A model generated the notes under the pieces. It made no database searches. It had not been told where the DNA came from and saw nothing but the letters and a program-made list of their open reading frames with translations. A DNA stretch of 64,000 nucleotides. Source: an uncultured archaeon (lineage in GTDB: Archaea; Asgardarchaeota; Lokiarchaeia; Sigyniarchaeales; SOKP01). Position numbers and translations under genes: made by a program. Below are positions 18,393-27,818 of the stretch, piece by piece. The stretch is taken from assembly GCA_964583985.1 (NCBI GenBank), contig CAZOYD010000003.1, positions 1 to 64,000 on the forward strand, read 5' to 3'. The stretch's first letter is position 1; the number at the start of each line of letters is the position of its first letter.

Positions 18393-19211
18393 TTAAATCA
18401 ATTCATCTTTTTTCTGCTTTTTAATCTTGGCATTTCCACCCCAGGAAATACCACTGAGATTTCCTCCACTATCTCCACAAATTATAGCTAATACAATGAT
18501 AATCAATACAATAAGTACAACAACTATTGCTATAAGCAGAGAAAGTATCAGTATGCCTTGAATTTTAGCAAATTTGTACAGCCAAGCACTTTCATCTTTC
18601 TTCATCACTTTTGCTCCATAAAACATTATTACAAGAGCAACCACGCAAATATAGGCAATACTCATTGGAACAGTTAGCAGAAAATTTTGGATATTAAAAA
18701 CATAAATGAATATTATCTCAACTATAAGCACTCCTAAAGAAAATAAAAATATATGAGCCCAAACATTCCCTTTAGCAAAATAATTGTTTCTTAATAAGAT
18801 TCCCATTAAAAAAACTATAAACGTTGCTCCTACAGATAAACTGACAAACATGTGGACTTGAGGTAAAAATTCAGTATAAATAACAACGGGTAAGCTTATA
18901 AAACCTGCTCCATAAGAAAATATTCCATATAATAGAAATACAAGCAAAGTCATTTCTCTTTTTGAAGCAATTAAAACCCCGAAATAAAGAAGAACTTCAA
19001 TTACAAGGATAATTATATATATAACCATGTAAAATAGGCTTATTTGAATACCTGAAAAAAACCAGCTAGATAGCAATTCCCCAAGCAGCCATAATAATGA
19101 ACCCATCAAGAGAGTTGGTAATATCTTTTTAACAAAAATAGTTCTCTGAGAATCGTTTAATAAGTAATTTTTCTTTTTCTCTTCATAGTTTTTAACGTGT
19201 TGATCAATCAT
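18393..19211 (-). CDS. Multi-pass membrane protein, probable Bax inhibitor-1/YccA (TMBIM)-like
   Basis: About 7 TM helices with BI-1-like spacing (FSYGAGFISLPVV); family call by pattern only. Confidence 0.5.
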   Translation of the reverse strand: MIDQHVKNYEEKKKNYLLNDSQRTIFVKKILPTLLMGSLLWLLGELLSSWFFSGIQISLFYMVIYIIILVIEVLLYFGVLIASKREMTLLVFLLYGIFSYGAGFISLPVVIYTEFLPQVHMFVSLSVGATFIVFLMGILLRNNYFAKGNVWAHIFLFSLGVLIVEIIFIYVFNIQNFLLTVPMSIAYICVVALVIMFYGAKVMKKDESAWLYKFAKIQGILILSLLIAIVVVLIVLIIIVLAIICGDSGGNLSGISWGGNAKIKKQKKDELI

Positions 19212-19295
19212 ATTGAGATCACTTTTTAGATTAAACCAGATTTCGAAAATATTATAATATTATACTAGGAAAAAATAACTATATATAAAGTTAAT

Positions 19296-20519
19296 TCAAA
19301 TGACACCTTGTTGGGTAAATTCTCTAATATCTTCAGGTGAATAACCTAAAGATTTAAGTATCTCTTTAGTATTAATCCCGACTTTAGGAGCAAGACTACG
19401 AATAGGCAAAGGTGTTCGAGAATATTTGATTGGAGAAACAATGTTAGGTACTTTACCAAATTTAGGGTGATCTAATTCCACAATCATCCTACGTGCTTTA
19501 ATTTGAGGATCATCACATGCTTCAGAAAAAGATTTTACTGGCATTACACATGCATCTAAATCCTTGAAAATTTCTAACCATTCTTTTTGAGTTTTAGAGT
19601 AAAATTCTTTTTGAATTTCATGAAATACATATTCTCGTTCTTCTCCTTGAGCCATCTGCTTTAATTTTAAATCTTGGCGACCAAGACCAGTACATAAATC
19701 TCGCCAAAATTTTACTTCAATAGCTCCTACAGTTAAATACTTATTGTCCTTGGTTTTATAGATAGAATAATATGGGCAATTACCATGTAAAATATTTTCA
19801 TTTTTTATGATTCCATCGTTGATATATTTCGAAAAGTGAAGCGCGGCTGTCATTGGCATAAATGAAAAAACAGTATCCAACATCGAAATATCGATGTACT
19901 GACCTTCATTTCTTGGATTTGTAGATCTTTCAATAATTGCTCCAAGAATTCCAATGGCTGCTACTAATCCTCCTCCAATATCCGCAGATTGAATACAAGG
20001 CACAATAGGATCTCGAGCTGGAGCTTGATCTTTCAAGCTGAAAATTTCCCTAGGTCGATTTAAATCAACCATTCCACAAATTCCTACATAGTTCATATCA
20101 TGTCCTGCGATTTGTTCATAAGGCCCATTTTGACCGTAACCAGTTAAAGAGCAATATATGAGGGATTTATTAATATTAGAGAGAATCTCATAATCTATTT
20201 TCAATTTGGTGGTAATTTTTGGTCTAAATGTTTCCAATACGACATCAGATTGCTGGACTAACTTGTAAAAAATTTCTCTAGCTGTTTTTTTTTTCAAATT
20301 TAAAGACATGGATTTTTTATTACGCATTAAGATGGAATTAAATGCGCTTTCTCTAAATCTTCCTTTTTGAAAAAAGGGAGGCGGATTAGCGTAAGCAAAT
20401 CGCGGGTCATTAATATGAATTATTTCTGCTCCTAAATCAGCTAATATCATGGAGCAGTAAGGACCTGGTAACATCCTCGATAAATCTAAAACTTTAATAT
20501 TCTTAAGGGGTAAAGACAT
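19296..20519 (-). CDS. CoA-transferase family III (CaiB/BaiF)
   Basis: VLDLSRMLPGPYCSMILADLGAE, RNKKS..LNLK, GYGQNGP, GHDMNY. Confidence 0.93.
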   Translation of the reverse strand: MSLPLKNIKVLDLSRMLPGPYCSMILADLGAEIIHINDPRFAYANPPPFFQKGRFRESAFNSILMRNKKSMSLNLKKKTAREIFYKLVQQSDVVLETFRPKITTKLKIDYEILSNINKSLIYCSLTGYGQNGPYEQIAGHDMNYVGICGMVDLNRPREIFSLKDQAPARDPIVPCIQSADIGGGLVAAIGILGAIIERSTNPRNEGQYIDISMLDTVFSFMPMTAALHFSKYINDGIIKNENILHGNCPYYSIYKTKDNKYLTVGAIEVKFWRDLCTGLGRQDLKLKQMAQGEEREYVFHEIQKEFYSKTQKEWLEIFKDLDACVMPVKSFSEACDDPQIKARRMIVELDHPKFGKVPNIVSPIKYSRTPLPIRSLAPKVGINTKEILKSLGYSPEDIREFTQQGVI

Positions 20520-20591
20520 GATTATTTTACACGTGATTTATTTTAATCGATTATATCGAGAAAATAAATCATGTCTATTAAAAGTAATAGA

Positions 20592-21104
20592 TTATATGTA
20601 AACAATCTCAGTTTTATCTGTTTTTGTGTCTACTATTGCAAACGATCCTTTTCCCGTAAGATAACCACATGCTTCCCCCGGATTCAGAACAATAACTCCA
20701 TTTTCATATTTTTCATTGACAATAGCATGAGTATGACCAGAAAATACGTAATCAAATTTACCTGAGTGAGCTAAAGCTTGAATAACACCTGGTTTTGGCA
20801 TGTGTGAAACAAAAATTTTTTTTCCGTCAAGCTCTAATATCCATTCATTGCCATTTTCCACAAGGTTGCATATTTTTCCTAAGTTTTGCTTTAAAAACAC
20901 GTGATCCCCATCATTATTCCCAAAAACGCCATAAAAATTCTGCTTGATGGAGTTATCTAATTTATCAAACCAATTTTTTACAAATGGTGAGCAATAATCA
21001 CCACAATGAATCAATCCTTCAACGTTTCGTTCATTCATCATCGAAACTGCTTTTAGGATATTATTCTGATGATCATGAGTATCAGAAATTACCGCTATTA
21101 ACAT
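20592..21104 (-). CDS. YfcE/MJ0936/Vps29-family metallophosphoesterase
   Basis: SDTH, HCGD, GNND, GHTH, NPG. Confidence 0.92.
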   Translation of the reverse strand: MLIAVISDTHDHQNNILKAVSMMNERNVEGLIHCGDYCSPFVKNWFDKLDNSIKQNFYGVFGNNDGDHVFLKQNLGKICNLVENGNEWILELDGKKIFVSHMPKPGVIQALAHSGKFDYVFSGHTHAIVNEKYENGVIVLNPGEACGYLTGKGSFAIVDTKTDKTEIVYI

Positions 21105-21234
21105 TTTATTCTTTATTATAATGAACTTTTTATAGTAATAATGTCAAATTACACATAAAAAGATTGGCAACATAAAAACATAAATTAAAGGACAATTATA
21201 TTATACGAATAGAATTGGATAATTGTGATTTAAG

Positions 21235-22305
21235 ATGATTGAAGAATTTTTAAAAGATGAAAAATCAGCGATAGATCTTTATTTAGAAGAATACTTTGCA
21301 AACTTGAATAATAAAGAAGAGGAAATATTACTAAAAGATTATACTTCTCAACTAAAAGAATTTGTTTTAAACAAGAATGCGAAACGATTACACCCCATCT
21401 TATTAATCGCAGCATTTAATGGTATTGTAAATCCTATTTACTTGGAAGATCAAATAGAACAAGTTAGAAAAGTTTCATTGGCAGTTGAGTTGATCCATAA
21501 TGCTTACCTCATACATGATGATTTAATAGATGCAGACGAATCTCGGAGAGAAAAACCTACATTTCATGTTCAATTAAAAAATGAAATGAATAACATATAT
21601 AAGAACTCAGATTTCTCGAAAGATAATGAATACGACATGTATGGAAGAGATTTAAGTATTTTAGGAGGTACTCAAGGATATATATTAGGATTGACAATCA
21701 TAAAAGATTCAAAATTTCCAGATAATTTAAAATTGATGGCTCTCAATGAATATACCTCTGCTGTCGATTACTTATTGAAAGGGCAAATACTTGAAGAGTA
21801 CATGCACTACCACAACATTACGATGTCATTAGAACAGTATTTAAATATAGCTGAATTGCAAAAAGCACGACTCTTAGAAAAGTCCACAATAATAGGAGCG
21901 ATATTGGCGAAAGGAAACCTGCATTATCAAATTAAACCTTTAAGTGACGCCCTACTACTTTTAGGTCAAGCTTATGCTATTCGGGATGATCTTTTAGATA
22001 CGAGGGAAGATATTAAAAATAAAAAGAAAAAGAGCCTATACATCCTCGCAATTCAAAATACTAATGAGGAACAATCAAGAATTTTGAATGAAATCTATCA
22101 TCAGGATGGATTATCTTCAAGTGATATTAAAGATGTTGAAAGAATATTTGCTGAAACAAATGCATTAATAATTGCTGATCATTTTGCAAAAAATTTGATT
22201 GTACAAGCAAAAAAAAGCCTTAGAGATATTTATCCAGATTTAAATAAAACTCAGAAGGTCTTCTTTAATGAATTTACCGACTACATCTATATGAGAGATT
22301 TTTGA
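21235..22305 (+). CDS. Polyprenyl diphosphate synthase (GGPP synthase family)
   Basis: DDLID and DDLLD motifs, KRLHP, GQ..E. Confidence 0.88.
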   Translation: MIEEFLKDEKSAIDLYLEEYFANLNNKEEEILLKDYTSQLKEFVLNKNAKRLHPILLIAAFNGIVNPIYLEDQIEQVRKVSLAVELIHNAYLIHDDLIDADESRREKPTFHVQLKNEMNNIYKNSDFSKDNEYDMYGRDLSILGGTQGYILGLTIIKDSKFPDNLKLMALNEYTSAVDYLLKGQILEEYMHYHNITMSLEQYLNIAELQKARLLEKSTIIGAILAKGNLHYQIKPLSDALLLLGQAYAIRDDLLDTREDIKNKKKKSLYILAIQNTNEEQSRILNEIYHQDGLSSSDIKDVERIFAETNALIIADHFAKNLIVQAKKSLRDIYPDLNKTQKVFFNEFTDYIYMRDF

Positions 22306-22313
22306 GTTAAAAT

Positions 22314-22919
22314 TTAAGCTACTAAATATTTTGAGTGATGATTTTTTAACATTAGATTATTTAATTCTTTAAATACATCCACTACATTATAGTTTTCCAA
22401 TGAAGAAGTTTTATAATAACCTGTTAACTCTTTTTTTTTTAGGAATGCTTGAATGAGAGTTTTATCGACTAAACTTTCTTTTGAAACCGTCTCTACTAGA
22501 TCATTTTTACTTCCCACTAGAATTTTAGGAATGCTTGAATCTTTGATTTGTTGAGTTAATTGTTCATACCAAAAATCTAAATATTCAAAAGTTTCTGGAC
22601 TTATCAGATTAAAAACCATTAAAGCTCCATCTGCCCCCTTGAGAAATTTAGGGATAAGAGGTCTGAAACGTTCTTGACCGCCAAAATCAAATATTGAATT
22701 TGAGACAAGCTTCTCTCCTTGTTCATCAAAATTTTCAGTGTTATAAATAGGTAGATTAATCGAATGAAAATTTATACCAATTGTCATGGACGTATCAAAA
22801 TTGAATGAATTAAAACAAAAACGATTAAAAAGGCACGTTTTTCCTACTGCTGGTCCTCCAACTATGACTATCTTGAAAGAATATACTATCGTTTTTTCTT
22901 GAATCGTGCTCTTTTTCAA
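22314..22919 (-). CDS. Rab-like small GTPase
   Basis: GGPAVGKT, TIGINF, DFGGQERF, SKND, KTSS. Confidence 0.9.
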   Translation of the reverse strand: MKKSTIQEKTIVYSFKIVIVGGPAVGKTCLFNRFCFNSFNFDTSMTIGINFHSINLPIYNTENFDEQGEKLVSNSIFDFGGQERFRPLIPKFLKGADGALMVFNLISPETFEYLDFWYEQLTQQIKDSSIPKILVGSKNDLVETVSKESLVDKTLIQAFLKKKELTGYYKTSSLENYNVVDVFKELNNLMLKNHHSKYLVA

Positions 22920-23084
22920 TTAATAATCCTCCAAAATATAAATCCTAATAATTCATATAAGGTAAAATATGAAATTAACCTTCGAAAAAAAGATTTATTA
23001 ATATAAGCCGTAAATCTAAATTTAATCAATTCTTACTTTTTTCCAAGCAGTTCACATTTAAAATAATGAAAATAGAAATTATAT

Positions 23085-23996
23085 TTGATGACTAATAAAA
23101 TCCCACCTGACCAGATCGTAATAAGACCCCCAGTAGAAGCATATAGCGTGCTCATTGCTGTAACAGCTGGGTGTAGTTGGAATCGCTGTCGATTTTGTGG
23201 AACCTATAAGGGTATGTATCAAACCTCTCAGGATTATGCTATTCGCCCCTTAGAAGATGTATTAAAGGATGTTGATTTTTATGCTGAAAAGAATTATCAC
23301 GGATTTCCCGTTTTTTTGGCGGGAGGAAATCCAACATCAGCTCCAACAGATTATCTCGTAAAAATTATTAAACATGTTAAATCACGAATGAAAAATGTAC
23401 CAAGAATTAGTTGTTATGCTAAAGCTCTCGACATTTTAAGAAAATCTGATGAAGAACTTGGACAATTAGCTGAAGCAGGATTAGATATCGTATATATGGG
23501 ATTAGAGAGTGGAAGTAGCAAAATCTTACGATTAATGAAAAAAGGGACTAATGCTGAATCGATGATTAAGGCAGGAAAAAGGATACTGGCTGCAGGTATA
23601 AAGTTGAGTCTCTATATTCTCTTAGGATTAGGTGGAAAAGAATTTTCAAATTTACACGTAAGAGAGACTGCAAAAGTTCTAACAGAAATCAATCCAACCA
23701 TATTTAGATTTAGAACTTTAAATGTTTTGCCTTCTACTCCCCTTTGGAAAGATTGGAAACAAGGAAAGTTTGAATTATTATCTCCTGTTGAATGCATTAT
23801 GGAAGAACGTGAAATTATCGCGCAATTAGGTGAAAATGTAACCTCTCAAGTATTTAATGATCACATATCAAATTATGTTGGATTAGAATCTTCTAATATT
23901 CGAGAAGATAAAGACGTCTTTTTGAACTATTTAGATTTGTTGATAAATGATCCTAAAATCCAATCTTTGCCCAGGAAAAATTTAGAACATATGTAA
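23085..23996 (+). CDS. Radical SAM protein (same family as 13155-14078)
   Basis: RPPVEA..., CSWNRCRFC (CxxxxCxxC spacing variant), YMGLESG, DHISNY. Confidence 0.9.
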   Translation: MMTNKIPPDQIVIRPPVEAYSVLIAVTAGCSWNRCRFCGTYKGMYQTSQDYAIRPLEDVLKDVDFYAEKNYHGFPVFLAGGNPTSAPTDYLVKIIKHVKSRMKNVPRISCYAKALDILRKSDEELGQLAEAGLDIVYMGLESGSSKILRLMKKGTNAESMIKAGKRILAAGIKLSLYILLGLGGKEFSNLHVRETAKVLTEINPTIFRFRTLNVLPSTPLWKDWKQGKFELLSPVECIMEEREIIAQLGENVTSQVFNDHISNYVGLESSNIREDKDVFLNYLDLLINDPKIQSLPRKNLEHM

Positions 23997-24121
23997 CCAT
24001 CTTCTTTATTAGATCGAAAATTAATCAGATATTCTCTCACTCCCCAGTTAAAAATATATATTTTACCTAAGATATTGAGGTAAGATTTTATAATAAGTAA
24101 AATCTTTAATATTAATATTTA

Positions 24122-25618
24122 TTGATGATTAATCAAGCTACTTACAAATACAGAGAGAAAAGGATGACAGATTATTTTCGAAAAAAAGTTCATTACAAAG
24201 ATATTATAGCAACATTTGATGATATTTTAATAAAACCCGGTTATACGGATTTCCAACCAACCGAAGTCGATATTTCCTCTAATCTAGGAAAGTATCATCT
24301 CAATATCCCTATCATATCTGCTGCAATGGATACTGTGACCGAAGAAGAAATGGCTATTAAAATGGCACTACTGGGTGGACTTGGGGTTTTACACCGTAAT
24401 TGTTCCTATGAAAAGCAGCTTGAGATGTGTCGAAAAGTCAAATTTGCTCGTTCCTTTGTAATAGAAGAAGTTGCGACTATAAATGTAAATGCACGCGTAT
24501 CTGAAGCTAAATATTTAATGGAGACATATAAAATTAGTGGTGTCATGGTAATCGGAGACGATAAAAAGGTTTGTGGCATTTTTACTAAAAGAGATATTCC
24601 TTATAACGAAAGAGAGGTAAGAACAGGATTTGTTAAGGATTATATGACAAAAGATGTCATTTCTATTAAATCTGGTGCGTCGAGGGCACAAGCTTTAAAG
24701 ACGCTCTATGAAAATCGGATCGAAAAATTACCAATCCTTGAAGATGGTTACTTGAAGGGGCTAATCACTAAAAAAGATTTAAAGCCTGAATTTCCAAATG
24801 CATCTATTGATGATGAAGGTCGATTATTATGTGCCCTTGGACTTTCTCCCAAATTTCCTGAATCAAGTCATGCGCAAGAGATGCTAAAAGAACTCGATAA
24901 ATACGTCGATATTTTCTTTATTGATGTTGCGGATTATTTTAAAAAAACCGATATTGAAGGAACCATAAAATTAATGAAATTATTAAAGTCTGATTTTGTT
25001 TTAGGTAATATTGGAACTTATCAAGCTGCTGAATTTATCCTTACTAAATGTGATTTTAGCGATAAATTCATTGGTTTAAAAGTAGGAATGGGTTCTGGTT
25101 CTATATGCACCACATCAATTCAGACAGGTGTTGGTGCTCCAACACTTTTTGCAACTGCTCAAGTAGCCGACGCTATTAAAGATTATAATCCGGATATAAA
25201 CATCATTGCAGATGGTGGTCTTAAAAATCCCGGTGACTTGCCAAAAGCAATTTCCGTAGGAGCTGATCTAATGATGTCCGGACACTTCTTTGCCGGGTGT
25301 ACTGAAAGCCCGGGATACATCGATACAATACAAGGTAGAAAGGTAAAAGTATACAGGGGTATGGGTTCAAAGGAAGCAAGAGCAGCTGGTTTTGTTTCAG
25401 ATAGGTATATCGAAGGATCCAAAAATTTAGCAGAAGGAATCTCAGGGTACATCCCTTATTTTGGAGATTTAGATGGAGTGATACAATCTTTAAGAGAAGG
25501 TCTAATAAACGGAATGATCTATTCAGGAGCTAAAAATTTAAATGATCTGAAGAAAGTAGATATAGGAATTATTACTCCATTCGGTCAGCAAGAAACTCGA
25601 ACGCACGATCTCATATAA
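24122..25618 (+). CDS. guaB: IMP dehydrogenase with CBS pair
   Basis: SAAMDTVTE, KVGMGSGSICTT (catalytic Cys), IADGG, YRGMGS; start may be a downstream ATG. Confidence 0.93.
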   Translation: MMINQATYKYREKRMTDYFRKKVHYKDIIATFDDILIKPGYTDFQPTEVDISSNLGKYHLNIPIISAAMDTVTEEEMAIKMALLGGLGVLHRNCSYEKQLEMCRKVKFARSFVIEEVATINVNARVSEAKYLMETYKISGVMVIGDDKKVCGIFTKRDIPYNEREVRTGFVKDYMTKDVISIKSGASRAQALKTLYENRIEKLPILEDGYLKGLITKKDLKPEFPNASIDDEGRLLCALGLSPKFPESSHAQEMLKELDKYVDIFFIDVADYFKKTDIEGTIKLMKLLKSDFVLGNIGTYQAAEFILTKCDFSDKFIGLKVGMGSGSICTTSIQTGVGAPTLFATAQVADAIKDYNPDINIIADGGLKNPGDLPKAISVGADLMMSGHFFAGCTESPGYIDTIQGRKVKVYRGMGSKEARAAGFVSDRYIEGSKNLAEGISGYIPYFGDLDGVIQSLREGLINGMIYSGAKNLNDLKKVDIGIITPFGQQETRTHDLI

Positions 25619-25753
25619 ATCAGGAATACGTTAAAAATTGACCATAAAATCCTCTCAATATAATTATTAAGTTCCTATTAATTATCTTTTAACAGAAATA
25701 AAGTTAAGTTAGGTCGTAATATCAAAAATTATGAATAATTAAGTGAGTTTTAA

Positions 25754-27358
25754 ATGAAAAAAATAAGAAGAGCACTAGTTTCGGTTTATGATAAAACAGA
25801 TATTGTAAATTTCACTAAAACATTAGTTGATGAGTTTGGAGTAGAAATCTTATCTACGGGGGGTACAGGGAGATTATTAGAAGAAAATGGGATTGATTTT
25901 ACAGAAGTCTTTAATTATACGGGATCCCCAGAAATGTTTGATGGAAGAGTAAAAACGTTACATCCAAAGATAGAGGGTGGTATTCTTTATCGCAGATCTA
26001 ACAAAAAAGACGTTGAAGATGCTGAAAAATACAAGATTCCTCCAATTGATATGGTAGTGTGTAATCTTTATCAATTCAAAAAAGCCATTTTAAGACCAAA
26101 TATATCGTTATCCGAAGCTTTAGAGATGATAGATATTGGTGGTCCTACAATGATTCGAGCCGCAGCTAAAAATTTCCCAGATGTTATTGTGATACCTGAT
26201 TCTAAATACTATAAAGATATCATAAAGGAACTTAAGGCAAATAAAGGAATCATAAGTGATAAAACCAGAGCTGATCTAGCGCAACAAGTATTTACTATAA
26301 TGGCTGATTATAATGCAGCCATTGTTAATTATTTAAGGCATTATTATTATCCTGATGAAATATTGGGACATCAACTTATAAAAGTATATGAAAAGGTGCA
26401 CGATTGTAGATATGGAGAAAATTGGGACCAAACTGCTGCTTATTATCGTGATGTAAACACTAATCATGGTCTTCAAGATCTTAAAAAGTTAGGAGGAAAG
26501 GAGATATCATTCAATAATTATTTAGATATTGATAGTTGCATTCAAATTTTACTAGATTTTGGGACTGAAAATTATGTCACGGCAATATTAAAACACACGA
26601 GTCCTAATGGAATGGCAATTGATCGAAATTCCCAATTAAAATCCGTGGAAATGGCCTTTAGTTGTGATCCCTTGTCGGCATTTGGAGGAATTTGGGGTTT
26701 TAATAAAGAATTGACAAAAGAAGTAGCTGATTATATTGTAAACAAGCAAAAAATATTTGTTGAGGTTATAATAGCGCCTTCTTTTCAATTTGAAGCATTA
26801 GAGATTTTAAAGACAAAGCAGAACATGGTAATACTTGAATATGGAAATTTACTAAATTTTAGAGAGGAAATTTATAAATTTCCAGAGATTCGGGGAATTT
26901 TGGGAGGAGTATTGGTACAAGAATATGATTATAAGCCTATAATAAAGGAATGGAAGATTGTGAGTCATAAAACTGTGAATGAAATGGAGAAAAGTGCATT
27001 GATCTTTGCTTACAAGGTTTCAAAATGGGCAAAATCAAATTCTGCGTGTTTTGTTCAAGTATATGATACAGGAATGTATACAATTGGAATAGGGGCAGGT
27101 CAACAAAGTCGAGTTCACGTAGTTAAGCTTGCTATTCAAAAGGCAATAGAATTTGGGCATAAAAATGACTTAATTGGCTCATATATGGGTACGGATTCCT
27201 TTTTCCCTTTTCCTGACGGTTTAGAGGTTGCAGTTCAAGCGGGTGCAAAAGCTATCATTAATCCAGGAGGATCTATGAGAGATGATGCCGTTATTGAACG
27301 AGCAAATGAACTTAATTGTGCATTAGTATTTTGCGGTAAAAGAGTATTTCGACATTAA
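25754..27358 (+). CDS. purH: Bifunctional IMP cyclohydrolase / AICAR formyltransferase
   Basis: ALVSVYDK, STGGT, GRVKTLHP, IDIGGPTMIRAAAKN, RYGEN, terminal RVFRH. Confidence 0.96.
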   Translation: MKKIRRALVSVYDKTDIVNFTKTLVDEFGVEILSTGGTGRLLEENGIDFTEVFNYTGSPEMFDGRVKTLHPKIEGGILYRRSNKKDVEDAEKYKIPPIDMVVCNLYQFKKAILRPNISLSEALEMIDIGGPTMIRAAAKNFPDVIVIPDSKYYKDIIKELKANKGIISDKTRADLAQQVFTIMADYNAAIVNYLRHYYYPDEILGHQLIKVYEKVHDCRYGENWDQTAAYYRDVNTNHGLQDLKKLGGKEISFNNYLDIDSCIQILLDFGTENYVTAILKHTSPNGMAIDRNSQLKSVEMAFSCDPLSAFGGIWGFNKELTKEVADYIVNKQKIFVEVIIAPSFQFEALEILKTKQNMVILEYGNLLNFREEIYKFPEIRGILGGVLVQEYDYKPIIKEWKIVSHKTVNEMEKSALIFAYKVSKWAKSNSACFVQVYDTGMYTIGIGAGQQSRVHVVKLAIQKAIEFGHKNDLIGSYMGTDSFFPFPDGLEVAVQAGAKAIINPGGSMRDDAVIERANELNCALVFCGKRVFRH

Positions 27359-27521
27359 TTATTCATCACTTGTTTTTGTTATAATTTTTATTTCGATTTG
27401 AGAGATTCTTTTCTTAAAGCAATTGATTAAAATAATTACGTATGAGTAAAAGTTTATAAAACCTTAAACATAAATTTCACATACAAAAATAATTTTTTTA
27501 AAAGAAGGAATTGCTCTCATT

Positions 27522-27812
27522 ATGGACTTTTTTTTAGCACATTTACGTGAGACTCTAGAAGCGATTAATAAATTAATAGATAATAACGTTTATCGAGTCG
27601 ATACAAAAAGAATTAGGAGATGCAATAATATAAAATCATCAGATCGTTCAAAAATTAATTTTATCTGGAGATCACTTGAATATCTTAAACTTGAAGGAAT
27701 ATTGGAAATAAATGGATCTTACCATCCTAAAACCTATAATATCAAAACAAAGCAAAAATTAGATATTAATGAGATAATGGCTAATATAGAAAATAATAGA
27801 TTCGTTCCATGA
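27522..27812 (+). CDS. Small hypothetical protein, possible winged helix
   Basis: 96-aa ORF with RSLEYLKLEGILE...PKTY pattern. Confidence 0.6.
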   Translation: MDFFLAHLRETLEAINKLIDNNVYRVDTKRIRRCNNIKSSDRSKINFIWRSLEYLKLEGILEINGSYHPKTYNIKTKQKLDINEIMANIENNRFVP

Positions 27813-27818
27813 TCCCAT

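Noticed and set aside
20592-21104. Retromer Vps29 orthologue
   Set aside because: It retains full phosphoesterase motifs typical of widespread YfcE/MJ0936 proteins, and no Vps26/Vps35-like genes are nearby.
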